NCBI RefSeq assembly: GCF_964204645.1
Contig: NC_134030.1
Span: forward strand, 7,110,778 to 7,174,777
Source: Tubulanus polymorphus
Lineage: Eukaryota > Animalia > Nemertea
Direction of reading: 5' to 3'
Length of the DNA stretch: 64,000 nucleotides
Position numbers and translations under genes: made by a program. The notes below the pieces were generated by a model. It was not told where the DNA came from. It saw only the letters and a list, made by a program, of their open reading frames with translations, and did no database searches. Position 1 is the first letter of the stretch; every line of letters begins with the position of its first letter. Positions 50,847 to 64,000 of this stretch are shown in pieces.

Positions 50847-53800
50847 TCATCGGCGCACACTCATCTCGTTGAATTCATTTTGTTGTTCCTGCTTATCAGC
50901 GTGCACTCGTCGCAGCCGCTTCAAGCGGTACATCAGTTGAGATCCGAAAAACCAGATAACCTCGGCAATAGCCAATAAAGATGCGCCTAGATAAAGCCCG
51001 GCAGAGCCACCTATATCACCTAAAATACGAGAATTCAGAAACAAGATTTCGTTCTATAAGCTAACGTATCCTAATTGAAGCTATCCATCGAATAAAAATG
51101 ACGATTAATAGATTCATTCTAATTCTTTTTTTAGATTCTTTTAATGAATCCATTTTAATTCTTAGTATCTAAATCTGTATCGATGTTTTTACATTTTATG
51201 TTATATCGGTATTGTAACAAGATATTTGCACTTGTTAATCAACTTTAATGTACTTACAAATTAACGAAAACCACAAATATCCTTTAGACTTTTTCAACGT
51301 CTCCAAACTCAGCGTTCGAAAGTAAACCGAAACGTATACGTAATTATTTCTGGAAATAAAAGTCAGGGGTGAAGCGTAACGAACGGAAAAAAAATCGGAA
51401 AACGCCTTCGTAGAAAATAATCATCATCGACTTTGATTATCAAGAATACTAACGCTAAGAAGTCTTCATCAATGGCAATCCTATCCCGGTAATTTTTCAT
51501 ATAATCACCTAAGAATGAGTTCACAACTGACAATTTACTTTGTACATCGCTATAACTGTTTATGACTTTGGCAAATTCATCCTTTTCTTGTATAACGAAC
51601 TGCAGTCTCTTATTAATTTCAGTCAGTGCTTTCCCATCGACAGCTGAATTGGAGATAATGATGTAGCCGAAAAGGTCTTTGATAGGCTGGAAAACTTGTC
51701 CCATATCTTTAACAACTGCGTACAACCCTGTCAACGAATAGTCCATGAACACTTGAAGATTTCGCCTGAACCGCTCCAGTAGGTCTTTATTGTTAAGCAT
51801 CAGAGAATTCCATTCCGTCATGGAAATCGTTGGCTTTGCAATCATTGCTTCAAGCCGTCGAGTGACATTCGCGTTTATGTCGTCAACGTTTTTGCTCAAA
51901 GTTACTACATTAATTGGCATAGGGGAAATCCATCGCCCAGCTGCGTCGTAGAATGTCGGTGCATCGATGACGTTTTCGTATATGATTAGAAAATATTTCA
52001 AATATGCGTTACTTATATCTAGTTGGTGAGTTTTGAAAGTATTCTCGAACTCGTCGAATTTATAAACCATATCTTTCAGTACGGATTTCAGACCAATCGC
52101 AGACCTCTCGAATTCGCCGATAATGGTGTAAAACCGAACGGTTCGATTGTAGAAATCATCCCAATCATACTTTGATTGGCTCATGCTAATATCATGTAAC
52201 TTTGTTTTGGAATCATTGCAGGCAGTAATCATTGTATCGCATGATTCGAGAAACGATTTGTGGTTATCTTTGATTTTAGGCAAATCGACCATATACCTCG
52301 CGACAGTTTGATCTTGCACCAGGTTGATGATTAGATTCTGAAAAACTGACCGAGTCAATAACGCTGTGTCAAGCATATTTTGGAGTATCCCAGCAATCTT
52401 TAAAGACGCTACTTGAAAATCCGTTTGTGATACAACCGACGAGTTCGCTAGGAAATCGTTGATAACTTTGAAATCAGAATCGATGGTACGATCCAGTGCC
52501 AATTTGAATCTTTTCAAACCTGGAATAACTATCGTGGAAATTTCTTCCATGTTGGTATGGCGTAAAAACATTTCCTTCACCATTCGTACAGAATGTGAAA
52601 TATTTAGCAAATTTGCATCGACGTATTTCATATCCGAAGTTATTCTAACTTGATTCATCACAAACACTCCTACGTTTTTCACGGCAATTTCTAATTCTTT
52701 TATTGATTTGATGAAAAATGCAACGGCCTCAAAATTCATTTCCACCAGACGAGGGTCAGTATTGTAAAGAGCTTCTCTAGCCATTTTGTAATCTGTTAAC
52801 ATTTCTAGGTTGTTTTTCTCTTTTCGTGCCATTTTTCGTGCCATACTCTCCGAGAGAGCCGCGTAACTGATTCGTGAATCGTACGTCAAATGTTGACATT
52901 GCGGTGGACATTCATAAGTGCCGCAAACGGTCTGATTTTGTCGCATTTTCGCTAGAAAAAATAGCATTAAATTGAATTGATTGATATAGCATTAAATTGA
53001 ATTGACTGACGTATTGCCACATAACGTTGACACAACGCTAGCGTGCTGGGCTTGAGACTACACCCTCACAGCACACCACGTCTCCATTTTCATTACCGAG
53101 TTCTAGTTGGTAGCAATCTCTGTGTTGTTTTAAAGTACAATACGGCAGACCTGCGGGACTATCTTCAGCATAAAACGGCATGCATCTACATATTGATGAC
53201 GTCACCCGTATATAACAGTTATGTTCACACATACTTTGTCTTTGGGCGTATTTCATGCAGTTTCCGTACGGATCTTGCAATTCTGTCGTCTGAAATTAGA
53301 CGAAATAGACAAAATAGCTTTCGATAATAGTCTTAGTTCATTCGTACACTCGGGTGCAAAGTAAAGCTATCGCAATGAAAGTATTGAGATTAAACTGATT
53401 GCAACACATTTTTCTTCTGAAACTCTTTTGAAATGGATTTAGTGTCAGTTGAAGTCCCGAATCAATAATCGATATTTTTCGATTTTGTTTTTCTTTAGCA
53501 CTGATATTCTAAATCTAGCAAAAAACTTTTCAACACTTTTACCTTTTTAGCTTGAACATCGATAAGCGCACTCATCGACGGTGGTACAGATAACGACAAA
53601 TCTTGCATACGAATTCCTTGATATTTATCGTGAACTAAAACTTTTAGTCCGGCAGATTTGTGTTCTCCTTCCATGTTCTGATACTGTTCTAAGTTGATCA
53701 ACAAGTTCAAACCATATGCTACTCCTGTAGATACAGATATAGATATCGATATCGATATCGATAGAGAAGTAAGACTTTCCTTAATTCATCATTGGATACG

Positions 53801-55307
53801 AGGTTCATTCATTCTTACCAGTCCCTTGGCTGTAGAGAAGTTTTGTCTTGTCGTGATTGAACCCCAAGCATTTGCCGTAGTCGGTCAAAACAGTTGTCAG
53901 ATTAGCAGTTGTCAGTTTCTCGGATTGGAAATTCACTCTTTATGAAATTATATGGAATTTCACGAAATCTATCATCAGTATCAATGGATTTGTTGCTCTT
54001 AATAACTCTATCGATTTTAACTTACGATTTCACGGTATCGTTCAAACGATGGCCATATTGCAATATCAATGTCCGCATATCAATGCTTTCGAAAGCGTCT
54101 TCCATCGAAACATTTTCAGTAATCGAAATATTTCGAGTCGTTGACATATTTCCAGTTTTCGGCGTTATTGGTCTCTCGTTCTGACGGTAGAAATCAACAA
54201 TATACTTATACAACCCGTCTTCATATGTATCAGATAATCTAAACGGTAGAAAAATTAATTTTGACTGAGGAAAATTGTTTGTTGTATGTGTCCGGGTATA
54301 AATGGTATATCTAGGTATGGGCGGTGTTTCGCTGAAATACCTGAAAGTGTTGGTGTTACAGATGGTAACTGCCGGGAATGGTATCTGACCTCGATTGTTT
54401 TCGAGAGATATATCCACGGTAACCGGCCATGAAATGTAATATTTGACTCGGTCGTGCACCTGGTAGATAAACGCGCTCGTCATACTCAAAAACAACAACA
54501 ACCAAATGCATCTAAAACGCAAAAAACATATCTCCACTCATTTCCTCTATCATTCTATTTTATTAAGTTTAAGACGACAAAAAAGTAAAATAGATCTTAA
54601 TATCACGATCCGAATACATCTGTATATAATTGGAACCAGAACTCTATACATGTTAGATTAGATAGATCGACAAATAAACGCTCTTCTGGTATATCATATC
54701 ATTTTTGCTGCTATGACGTCCCTGTTATTAATAGTTGTCGCACGGTGTCACAAGGGCCAATGTGGTTTACTGGTAGATTCATTAATATTGCAATTTTGAG
54801 TTGACTTTGTTTATTAAATCGTTATTGGCACCGCCTCTGGGGATTACTTTTGATCATCATCAATTTAGAAAACGTTTATATACAAAATCACCAAGTTTCG
54901 TCGAAATACGAATAAGTGTATAGTGATTTATGAGACGGATCCTTCTCGAAATGTTCATGTGGAATATTCGTTTTCGAGCAAAACTATGAATTTAGAAACA
55001 CAATTTATTGAGTTTATCAAATAAAACAATTCGAGTAATTTCCTTATTTATATAAATACCATTATGATATATTTGAACATAATTTCCAAACAAGTTATAG
55101 AAGAATATGTACGTACATGAAAAATTGAACTAAAAAAGTGGAATTTTCTTCTAAGTGGATATGCTACGCTTACCTGATGGTGATAGTCGGAGAGTGTCCT
55201 ATGTGTCTGACTCCGTGAAATGCCGTATCATTGGAGAAGTCGGAAAGCGCTTCTTTAAATGTTTGCTTATCTTCGGTTTTTACCGATGTCTTTTTCGAAT
55301 CCGCCAT
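50847..55307 (-). CDS. DEG/ENaC channel paralog H with giant knuckle insertion (~924 aa)
   Basis: Exons 55307-55174, 54511-54341, 54238-54026, 53937-53819, 53724-53543, 53289-53097, 52951-51454, 51349-51258, 51019-50847, in frame. Confidence 0.92.
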
Positions 55308-55576
55308 CGTTAAAATCCGTACTTAAATTTAAACAACTTCTCACAACAGTCCGTGACAAAGAGGCGCTGCCATTGATTATGGTAAAATGATGATTGACTG
55401 ACACACTCTTTTCAGCTGCAGGTTTTTACTGTCATGGTTACCAAACAATTCGAAAATAGACCGTTGAAATTACTTTTCGAAGCTTTCGAACATCGAAACT
55501 AGATTCAAGGCTACGAAGGTTTCTAGGTCGATATCGTGTTAGTGGACTATTTGTACCAACACGCGGGTATCTTTTA

Positions 55577-55900
55577 AAGAATTTTTCCAATTCGAAAAGA
55601 TGGGCCCAGGACGGCAGTTTTTCATGCTTTGAGATGTATTTATGATTTTTAATGAAAAAGAATAAGATTTATTTTGTGTTAGAGACATATCTCGTATGTT
55701 AATGGGAAAAAAATTATTCTCATTACTAAACCGGTATTTTTCAAAGAATTTTTCCAATTCGAAAAGATGGGCCCAGGACGGCAGTTTTTCATGCTTTGAG
55801 ATGTATTTATGATTTTTAATGAAAAAGAATTAGATTTATTTTGTGTTAGAGACATATCTCGTCAGTTAATGGGAAAAAATTGTTCTCATTACTAAACCGA
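55577..55900. repeat. Near-perfect direct tandem duplication, ~167 bp unit
   Basis: AAGAATTTTTCCAATTCGAAAAGATGGGCCCAGGACGGCAG... at ~55577 and ~55744; followed at 56003-56022 by GTCCCCAGGATGCTTCCGTA, a TIR end related to the 1936-3652 element. Confidence 0.88.
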
Positions 55901-56989
55901 TTTTCTGGCGAGTTATATACCTTATCAAATTTTGGCAAAAATTGCCTGAAATTTTTTTCTTATAATTCATAAATTTGACAGAAAAAAAACATTTTTGCCT
56001 GCGTCCCCAGGATGCTTCCGTACATCTCCGATTTAGAAAAAAAAACTATTTATTTATTCATTATCTCCTATAAACTAGACACTGATTATGAAAATAAAAA
56101 ACAATAAACGTTTTACATCTTGTTACTGCTTTTATTTGTATATGGGCCTACATTGGAATTTAGTATGCGCATTCATGTGAATCAAACACTTCATCATTTC
56201 ACATTCGCGAGCGAGAAGCTCTCGTCATGAAGTCGAGTATACCCAACCATAGAACTCAAATAAAATGATGATTTCAGTTCTATGACCCAACAATGCATTT
56301 GCGTACAATATTATGGATATTACGCACCCCGGCAGTCGTGGAAACTATAAATCATATGAAACACGTAGATTGAAAAGAAACCTTAACAAATTGAAAAGAA
56401 AAAATGTTCTTCTGTGTGTGTACAGTTATGATATCAATGTAAAGGGGAAGAATTTCACTTTCAACGCGCTCTAAAAGAAACCAGAACCCCAGAAAACAGG
56501 GAGCAGTGGATTCTGCGTCCACATCCGCTCTCGACTTTGTATATAGTATACCACGAGGTTGTCTACTTGCGGATGGCTGTATGGAATAAATTTGATGTAG
56601 CTATATATAGACAATGTACGTGCGGACGTATTTTGTAAGAGTTGAAATGTTTACAAACGATGTACTTCGTCGTATTTGCACTTGTACTCAATACCGACTG
56701 TTGTAAAATGAATATTCTGTGCATAAAATTTTGTTTCTGGAAAAATAAAGACCGGAATAATTTAGAATTAACTAAGAAGAAATCAATGATTAATGTATTA
56801 CTACAAGGCTCATGAGTCCAATGTCCGCTGCAGTGATTTATTGCCCAGTTTCCAATAGTTTTTTGAACGGTCAGGATTTTTACCCATATTTGGCTCTTAG
56901 ACTTTCTAAGCTACATTACGCAAATGTGTAATAATGATAAAAACGATGCGTACTTCAGGATTGGAATAATGTGTAGTTATTTTGTTATT

Positions 56990-58330
56990 TCTTTTATTTC
57001 TATTTTTTTAAATTTACTTTATTTTTCATGTACATGTACATGTACATTATATATGAAAATAAACAGAATATAAAGGTTTGGTACCCAGCCCTAATTTAGA
57101 CTTATAAGTCACTTTATACTAACGCATGACATAATATTACAAATATACACATCTGCACATGTATATGCATATAAACATGCATATATACATACGTACACAT
57201 GCATACATACACATACACATACACACACATGTATAAAGATATTTCTACAAAAAATAAATGGTTACAAAATTGGGTTCAAAAGCAAATTTCTTTTTGACCA
57301 TGCAGCAAGGAGAAAGTTGGAGAGTAAAATTTGATGACTAGACATAATTTGTATGAATTTAAACTGTTTGTCCAGATTTTCAAAACAAGAGTCAATATCT
57401 TTAAATTCATTCAATAAAACAGATCTATGGGATTCAAATTTAGGGCAATCCATGACAAAATGAAATTCGCTTTCTAGCTTGTTTTCACTACAAAAAGGAC
57501 AGATTCTATCCTCGAGCCTCATATAACGGTATCGTCCAATTTCGATCTGTAGACCCAGGGTGCCGCTTCTGATTTGAGCCAGTAGCGATCTCTTATATCT
57601 AGATAGGTTTGATGTAATATAAGGTTTGGGGGAAAGATTCTCCTTAACTGTCCTGTAAGTTCTTAACTTTGGTTTGGTGTTTAGTGATATTTTCCAAGCA
57701 TCCTTATATACGGTAAAAATGTCAGAGTCATCTATTGTTATATGCACCAGATCCGTGAAGTTAATTACACAATTTAGAGGGGTACATATTCTATTGAAAA
57801 ATCGTCTACACAATGTATCAACATTGCTATTTTCATAGGTTAGTAGATATTTGAGAAACATTTGCTTAGTTATTCTTGTATTTGGCATAGATATTATTCG
57901 ATTTGATGTTTGAAACGTTTATATTTACATGGCAACCACCCCATATCCCCATATAGAAAAGGTAACGGCGTTAACGGATTTACTCCTAAACATATCTACA
58001 GGCTCTATACTGCACGCGCTCAACCATATCGGACTCTTACGATCCCCAAATCTCAGCTCCATAACTAATGACTGGATGTTTCAAATAATCTAGTTTTATA
58101 ACCAATGTTTTAGATCTGTTTAAATTTACTTATAATTCTACCAAGAGCCTTTCCACCAGCAGATGCTAGTCGTTCACAGTGCAATTTGAAAATCAAATTG
58201 GAATCTAAATATACTCCTAAATGTTTATAAGATTCGACCTTGTTTATTTCTGGGTTATTTCAGTTAAAAACAAAGTTTGTTATTTTCTTCCGATGTTGCC
58301 TAAAATGTACGATGTTGGTTTTTCCTGTGT
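56990..58330 (-). mobile_element. 5'-truncated, degenerate non-LTR retrotransposon (second LINE family)
   Basis: ORF 57262-57888 (PKLRTY..RSLLAQIRSGTLGLQIEIGRY..RICPFC..ESEFHFVMDC); upstream broken frames read KTNIVHFR and VESYKHLGVYLD (late RT motifs); 3' region with (CA/TA) microsatellite ~57140-57232 and an A-rich tail. Confidence 0.85.
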
Positions 58331-58715
58331 TTTTTTCGAGCGAGCCTAGTTATGATGGACTCAGGACTATATACCTTAAGTCTCGGTGAATAAATGAATA
58401 AATGGAATGATATGGAATAAAATAATATTACTTAGAATAAATTACAATACATTTTTCTTCATTTCATACGCTGTATTGTAATAACATTTGAATAAATTAC
58501 AATTAATTATTCTTTTTTAAACCTAATTCAAAACCGTGGAACTGAACCCTGGGTCCAGGGTTAGTTGTTTTATATTGGCCTTGTTTTGTAACCATAACAG
58601 TAACTAACCGCAGCTGAGAGAATGTACCAGCCAATCATGACTTTACCATTACCGGTGGCAGCGCCTCTTCGTCCTCTGGACTGCTGTCAGAAATCGTTTT
58701 CTTTTAATACGGATT

Positions 58716-61700
58716 ATGACGATGACAGATTCGAAAAAGGTAGCGATTCAAATCGAAGACAAACAAACTTTTAAAGAAGCGCTTTCCGACTTCTCCAATG
58801 ACACGGCATTTCACGGGGTTAGATACATAGGACACTCTCCAACTGTCACCATCAGGTAAGCGTACTCTATTTTTCCATGAGATGATTAAATTACAAAAAG
58901 ATCATATTCACTTTTGTCAAACAACAGTACTTCAAATTGACTAGTTCTTATGAGTAAAATCTTGTTTTCATCGATATGAAAATGTTGTTCCAATTGTTTC
59001 ATCGAACACGTTTTAAACAATTTTCCGTAATATTCCATCAAAACACATTGAAACCCCAAATTTTTCTCACGACGTGTGCCCATCTTGGAGATTTACCAGT
59101 AATGTTAGCATACTTTTATTGCATTTTCCAAGATTTTTAGGTTCTTATAAGAATCATTTTGCTGGATCAGAATATTCTTACCTTTTGATGAGTTAAATGT
59201 TCCTTGGAGCCTAACATTAGATTCTATCAAGGGGCAATTACTTACTGCGGATCTTTATTTTGATATACACCGGTTATTTACACACGGGTCATAACTCAAC
59301 TTTTTATTTCACCAGTTATCCAGCGTCTTATTTCACAGTATCCACCCTCTCGGATATTTTCTTGATTTGCCAAAAACTTACTTTTTCTAGTTCGATTCTA
59401 ATCATTGTGCCTGAATATGTTGACATGGCTACGGGAAATGAAATTCTTCCTCTTTACATTGGTATCGTAACTGTAAACATATTAAAGAACATTTTTCTTT
59501 TTGATTTGATAAAAATTTATTTTGATCTACGTATTTCATAGAATTATAGTCCTCCCCGGCTGCCGGGGTGCGTAATATCCATGATATTGCACGTATATGC
59601 ATTGTTGGGTCATAGAACTCAAAAATCATCACTTGATTTCATTTCTATTGTTGGGTAGACTCGACACGACGAGAGCTTCTCGTTAGCGAATGTGAAATGA
59701 ATAAGTCATATCTACTGTATTTTGCACCTTCATTTTCCCAACATTTTGTCATTTATTTGATTGAGTAGAACTTGATTTTTTCTACGTACATGGATTTTGA
59801 AATAGCTTTATATAAGCTTTATATACGTAGCCGTCGTAGTTACTCGTTGTCGCCTAAGATAATACGGTGGTGTAAATGAACCGTACAAACGTGACACCCA
59901 GATTATTAAGATGCTACAAGGTTCCAGGCTTCATAAGAAATAAGCACACCCGGTCGTCAGGTTGGCCAAGTGTTCAACCTCAAATTGAATGCGGTAACTT
60001 CAACCAAAATGTGGACGTGTAGCAAAATTAAGACGCTTAAACTCATGGGCCAAAACGTCGTGCTCTGGGGTATAGGTAATGTAAAGCAAAAGCAGCAATG
60101 AATTGTGTTAATAGATTTTGTGAACATAAGGATATGTCCTGCTACGTACAATTCGTCATATACATATACGAATTATGTTTGGAAACTTTTAAAGTTTTAA
60201 CAGTATTAAAAAACAACGATTATTCAAAATGGACCCTTCAGCAGAGAGCACTACCTATTCTATGCCAACTTATTGAAGCAACTTTTGAACCAGGAAAGCA
60301 CTATTTGTAAACTGAAATATTCAATAGTCGGTCTTATTAATTTGTTAATTTGGTAAGCCAATACAACAATTAATCAAAGGGGCGTTCGTGGGCACGCACT
60401 GAAATTACTAGCACGTACTTGAACGTATGATGACGACATTGATATCTTTTCAAACGGTCAAACTAATTTCAAATTTGTTGCTTCTAAATAATCATAGCAT
60501 TGCATACAATGTACGAGGTAATGCGAATCAACCATCATACAATACAAAATACAGAAAGCCGTAGAGAATGAAAGGTTGACTGATAATTAAAACCAGTACA
60601 AATGTGTTTAATGATCAAACATATGACGCTCTAAAAGTAAACAGCGGCTTTTAAAAACACATTTGCACACATTAACGACACACCAGAGACCAACGTGCAT
60701 CAAATGAATGCAATTTTTGTTTTAAAATCTGTCAAAATAGACATTTCATTACGCGCGCGCGCATGAAATACTCAGCTCTACAACATAAGTGCCAATTGAG
60801 AAGGCAATCACCTTGTTCTAATTTCTGGCTTAAAGTCACGGTATTCTTGAGCCATTAAAGGTAGTTAAGCAACTATACGCTAGTTAGTCTTTTTTTTAAT
60901 GTGGGTGATATTTCACAAAATCGAAAATTAAATTTGATATTAGTTATTACAAAAGCAAGAGGATTAGGCTCGTCGGTCTCATTTTCACAATAAGTTTACC
61001 CCGGATTATAAACTAAAGTAATCATTTATTGCAATTTAACCTCACTTATATACTCTCTGAAGTTATACTCTCTCTGAAACAACAAATAGATTTGCTGTAC
61101 ATGTTTTGAAGTTGGATAGATATTTCCTCTGTTAAAAATCCTAAGTTTAGAAATTAAGCTTTCATGCCACAAACAGAGTCGAATGCTTTTTTTCAGGTAT
61201 TTGAAGCAAGAATGTAAATTCATATCAGCTTACAGTTATTTATCGTTTATTCGTTTTAGTGTTAATAAATGATAAGTCGTGATCCACGATAAAACGAAAC
61301 GGTTTAGTGACATCTTCTGTTATATTCTAGATGTATTTGGTTGTTATTGTTTTTGGGTATGACGAGCGCGTTTATCTACCAGGTGCACGACCGAGTCAAA
61401 TATTACATTTCATGGCCGGTTACCGTGGATATATCTCTCGAAAACAATCGAGGTCACATACCATTCCCGGCAGTTACCATCTGCAACACAAACACTTTCA
61501 GGTATTTCAGTCAAGCAACATTGAGAATAAGCCAAAATAGTCTAAAGATTAAGCAGGTATTCTATTTAGGATGACTTTCCGTTCAAAAGATTTTAAGTCT
61601 AGTCTAGTCTAGTCTTATGTTTGATCTTTAGATTATCTGATGTATATAAAGACGGCTTATTCAAGTCAATCGATGGTTTCTACCGCGAGAACGTGAGACC

Positions 61701-64000
61701 AATTACACCAAAAACTGGAAATATGTTGACAAACATAAGTATGTCAATTACTCAAAACATTTCGATGACTGGAAATAATTCGATGGAAGACGCCCTAAAG
61801 AATATTGATATGCGGACACTGATATTGAAATATGGCCATCGTTTGAACGATACCGTGAAATCGTAAGTTAAATTGATGTAGTTTGAACTAACTATCTGAT
61901 GATTGTCAAATAATGATGATTACGTGTAAATTCGTTATCATTTTTCAAGCGCGAACTTCCAATCAGAGACACTGACAATGGCTAACCTGACAACTGTGTT
62001 GACTGACTACGGTCAATGCTTCGGGTTTAACCACGATACGACGAAAGACATTTACAGCCAAGGGACTGGTAAGAGTTGACAAGTTAATTATCTTGAATTT
62101 CCCTTCCTTGAATGAAACGTGTATTCAGTATAATCTAAGGAAATCTTTACTTCAATACAGGAGCGGCATATGGCTTGAACCTGTTGATCAACTTAGAACA
62201 GTACCAGGACATGGAAGGAGAACACAAATCTGCCGGACTTAAAGTTCTAGTTCACGATAAATATCAAGGGATTCGTATGAAAGATTTGTCGTTATCTGTA
62301 CCACCGTCGATGAGTGCATTTATCGATGTTCGAGCTAAAAGGGTAAATTGTAGAGCTAGAATATCTGTGTACATTAAACACTTTTATTTTCTTTTCGAAT
62401 TATCACAATTGTGAATAATCGAGGAAGGATATGCTTATAATTTCACATTAGCAATGATAAATCCCTTTCAGAATACTTTTGTTTTTAAGAAAAAAAGTGT
62501 TTAATCAGCTTCCTGTAAAGAAGTTTGTGATCTTTCCACTCAAAAAAAAATTAATTTATGTCTATTCGGTTTCATTTCAGACGACCGAATTGCAAGATCC
62601 GTACGGAATGTGCATAGAAAACGCCCAAAGACAAAGTATGTGTCAACATAACTGCTATATACGGGTGACGTCATCAATATGCAAATGCCTGCCGTTCTAT
62701 GCCGAAGATAATACCGCAGGTCTATCATATTGTACTTTAAAACAACACAGAGATTGCTACCAACTACAACTCGGTAAGGGAAATGGGCGTTCTGCATGAC
62801 AATAGCCGCTGTTCAATTATTCTGATTATTATACATAATCGTCGTTTTATTCCAAAGCGAAAATGCGTCGAAATCAAACAGTTTGCGGCACTAGTGAATG
62901 TCCACCACCTTGTCAACAACTGACGTACGATTCACGAATCAGTTATGCGGCTCTGTCGACGAGCATGGCGCAGGAAATGGCACAGAAGGAAAAAAACAAC
63001 CTGGACATGTTAGAAGATTACAAAATGGCCAGAGTAACTCTATACAATGCTGATTCACACCTCGAGGATGCGAGCTTTAATGCGGTTTTCAATTTTGTTT
63101 CGTCACTACAAAAATCTGAAATGGCTATAAAAAACGTTAGCGAATATCTGGATAATCAAGACAAAATCATCTATTCCGATAAACTCTACGTCGCAAAAAA
63201 GCTCAAAGAAATGTCAATGTCTGTTCGAGCGGAGAAAGGGAATTATTTACGCTATACCGACATGGAAAAAATCTCCACGATAGTTATTCCGGGTTTGTTA
63301 AACTTTAAAACGGCCCTTAACGAGACCCTAATTTCAGATTTCAAAGCCATAAACGATTTCCTAGCAAACTCGTCCGTTGTATCACACATGAATTTTCAAG
63401 AAGCGTTTTCAAACGTTGCTTTCGTATACAAAAATATGCTTCACACGGCCATATCGACTCGGCTAGCCTTTCAGAATTTATACGCCAATTTCAAAGAATA
63501 TACAACTTTCGTGAAGTCATTGATCGATTTTCCAATGATGATTGGTCACATTATAAAGTTTCAAAAATCATGTGACACATTGATTACTGCCTGCAATGAT
63601 TCTAAGGCAACGTTTCGCGATTTTGGCAATAGTCAATCAAGACGGGACTGGGACAATTTCTACAATCTAACCGGTCTGATTCCTGGCATCATCGATGAAT
63701 TCGAAAAGTCTGCGTTTGATCTGAAAACCAAATTGACTAATGTTGTTTATGAATTTGATGATCTTGAGAATTCATTGGAGACCTGCAAAAAAGAGCTATT
63801 CAACTTGTATTTGAAATACATTACGATCTTATATGAAAACATTATCAGCGCACCTATGAAATATGGTGCTACTAAACGGATGATTTTCCCTACACCAATT
63901 AACATAGTAACATTGATCGAAGACATTGGAAAAATAAAGGCGAATGTCACTCGACGGCTTAAAACAATGATCACGCAGAAACAGATTTCTGTGGCAGAAT
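58716..64000 (+). CDS. DEG/ENaC channel paralog I (runs off the window within exon 7)
   Basis: Exons 58716-58855, 61331-61501, 61632-61862, 61950-62068, 62161-62342, 62581-62773, 62858->64000; exon 7 appears open to the window end and is D/E/F-type (MKYGATKRMIFPTPINIV). Confidence 0.9.

Noticed and set aside
53727-53765. (GATATC)n tract and other short microsatellites (~44485 AAATC, ~61597 TCTAG)
   Set aside because: Simple intronic slippage repeats with no evidence of function.

Overview
AT-rich animal genomic DNA with spliceosomal GT-AG introns and non-LTR retrotransposon relics; an invertebrate origin is inferred, and I cannot name the species. The window is dominated by a tandem array of at least nine 9-exon paralogs of the DEG/ENaC/ASIC (amiloride-sensitive Na+ channel) family. 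Copies A-C lie on + (A is cut by the window start, B is frameshifted), D-H on -, and I on + (cut by the window end). All copies show the family hallmarks: N-terminal HG motif, TM1, FPAVTICN, a 10-Cys thumb and TM2 DIGGxxGLxLG(A/G)S. Every copy with exon 7 in view also carries a ~440-450 aa predicted all-helical insertion in the extracellular knuckle, encoded by one ~1.5 kb exon, so subunits are ~905-955 aa rather than the ~500-650 aa usual for ASIC/ENaC. This insert diverges much faster than the channel core, falls into two subtypes plus a mosaic copy, and tolerates only frame-preserving indels. It is the best candidate for an undescribed system: an expanding, diversifying ion-channel receptor repertoire. 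A LicD-family phosphotransferase gene and a Cys-rich secretin/adhesion-class 7TM receptor gene sit at the convergent junction between the + and - blocks. Introns and spacers hold several TAY..RTA (IS3EU-like) MITE/foldback elements, two truncated LINEs, a probable solo LTR and microsatellites. All exon coordinates were read by hand from splice sites and paralog comparison; no database searches were run.
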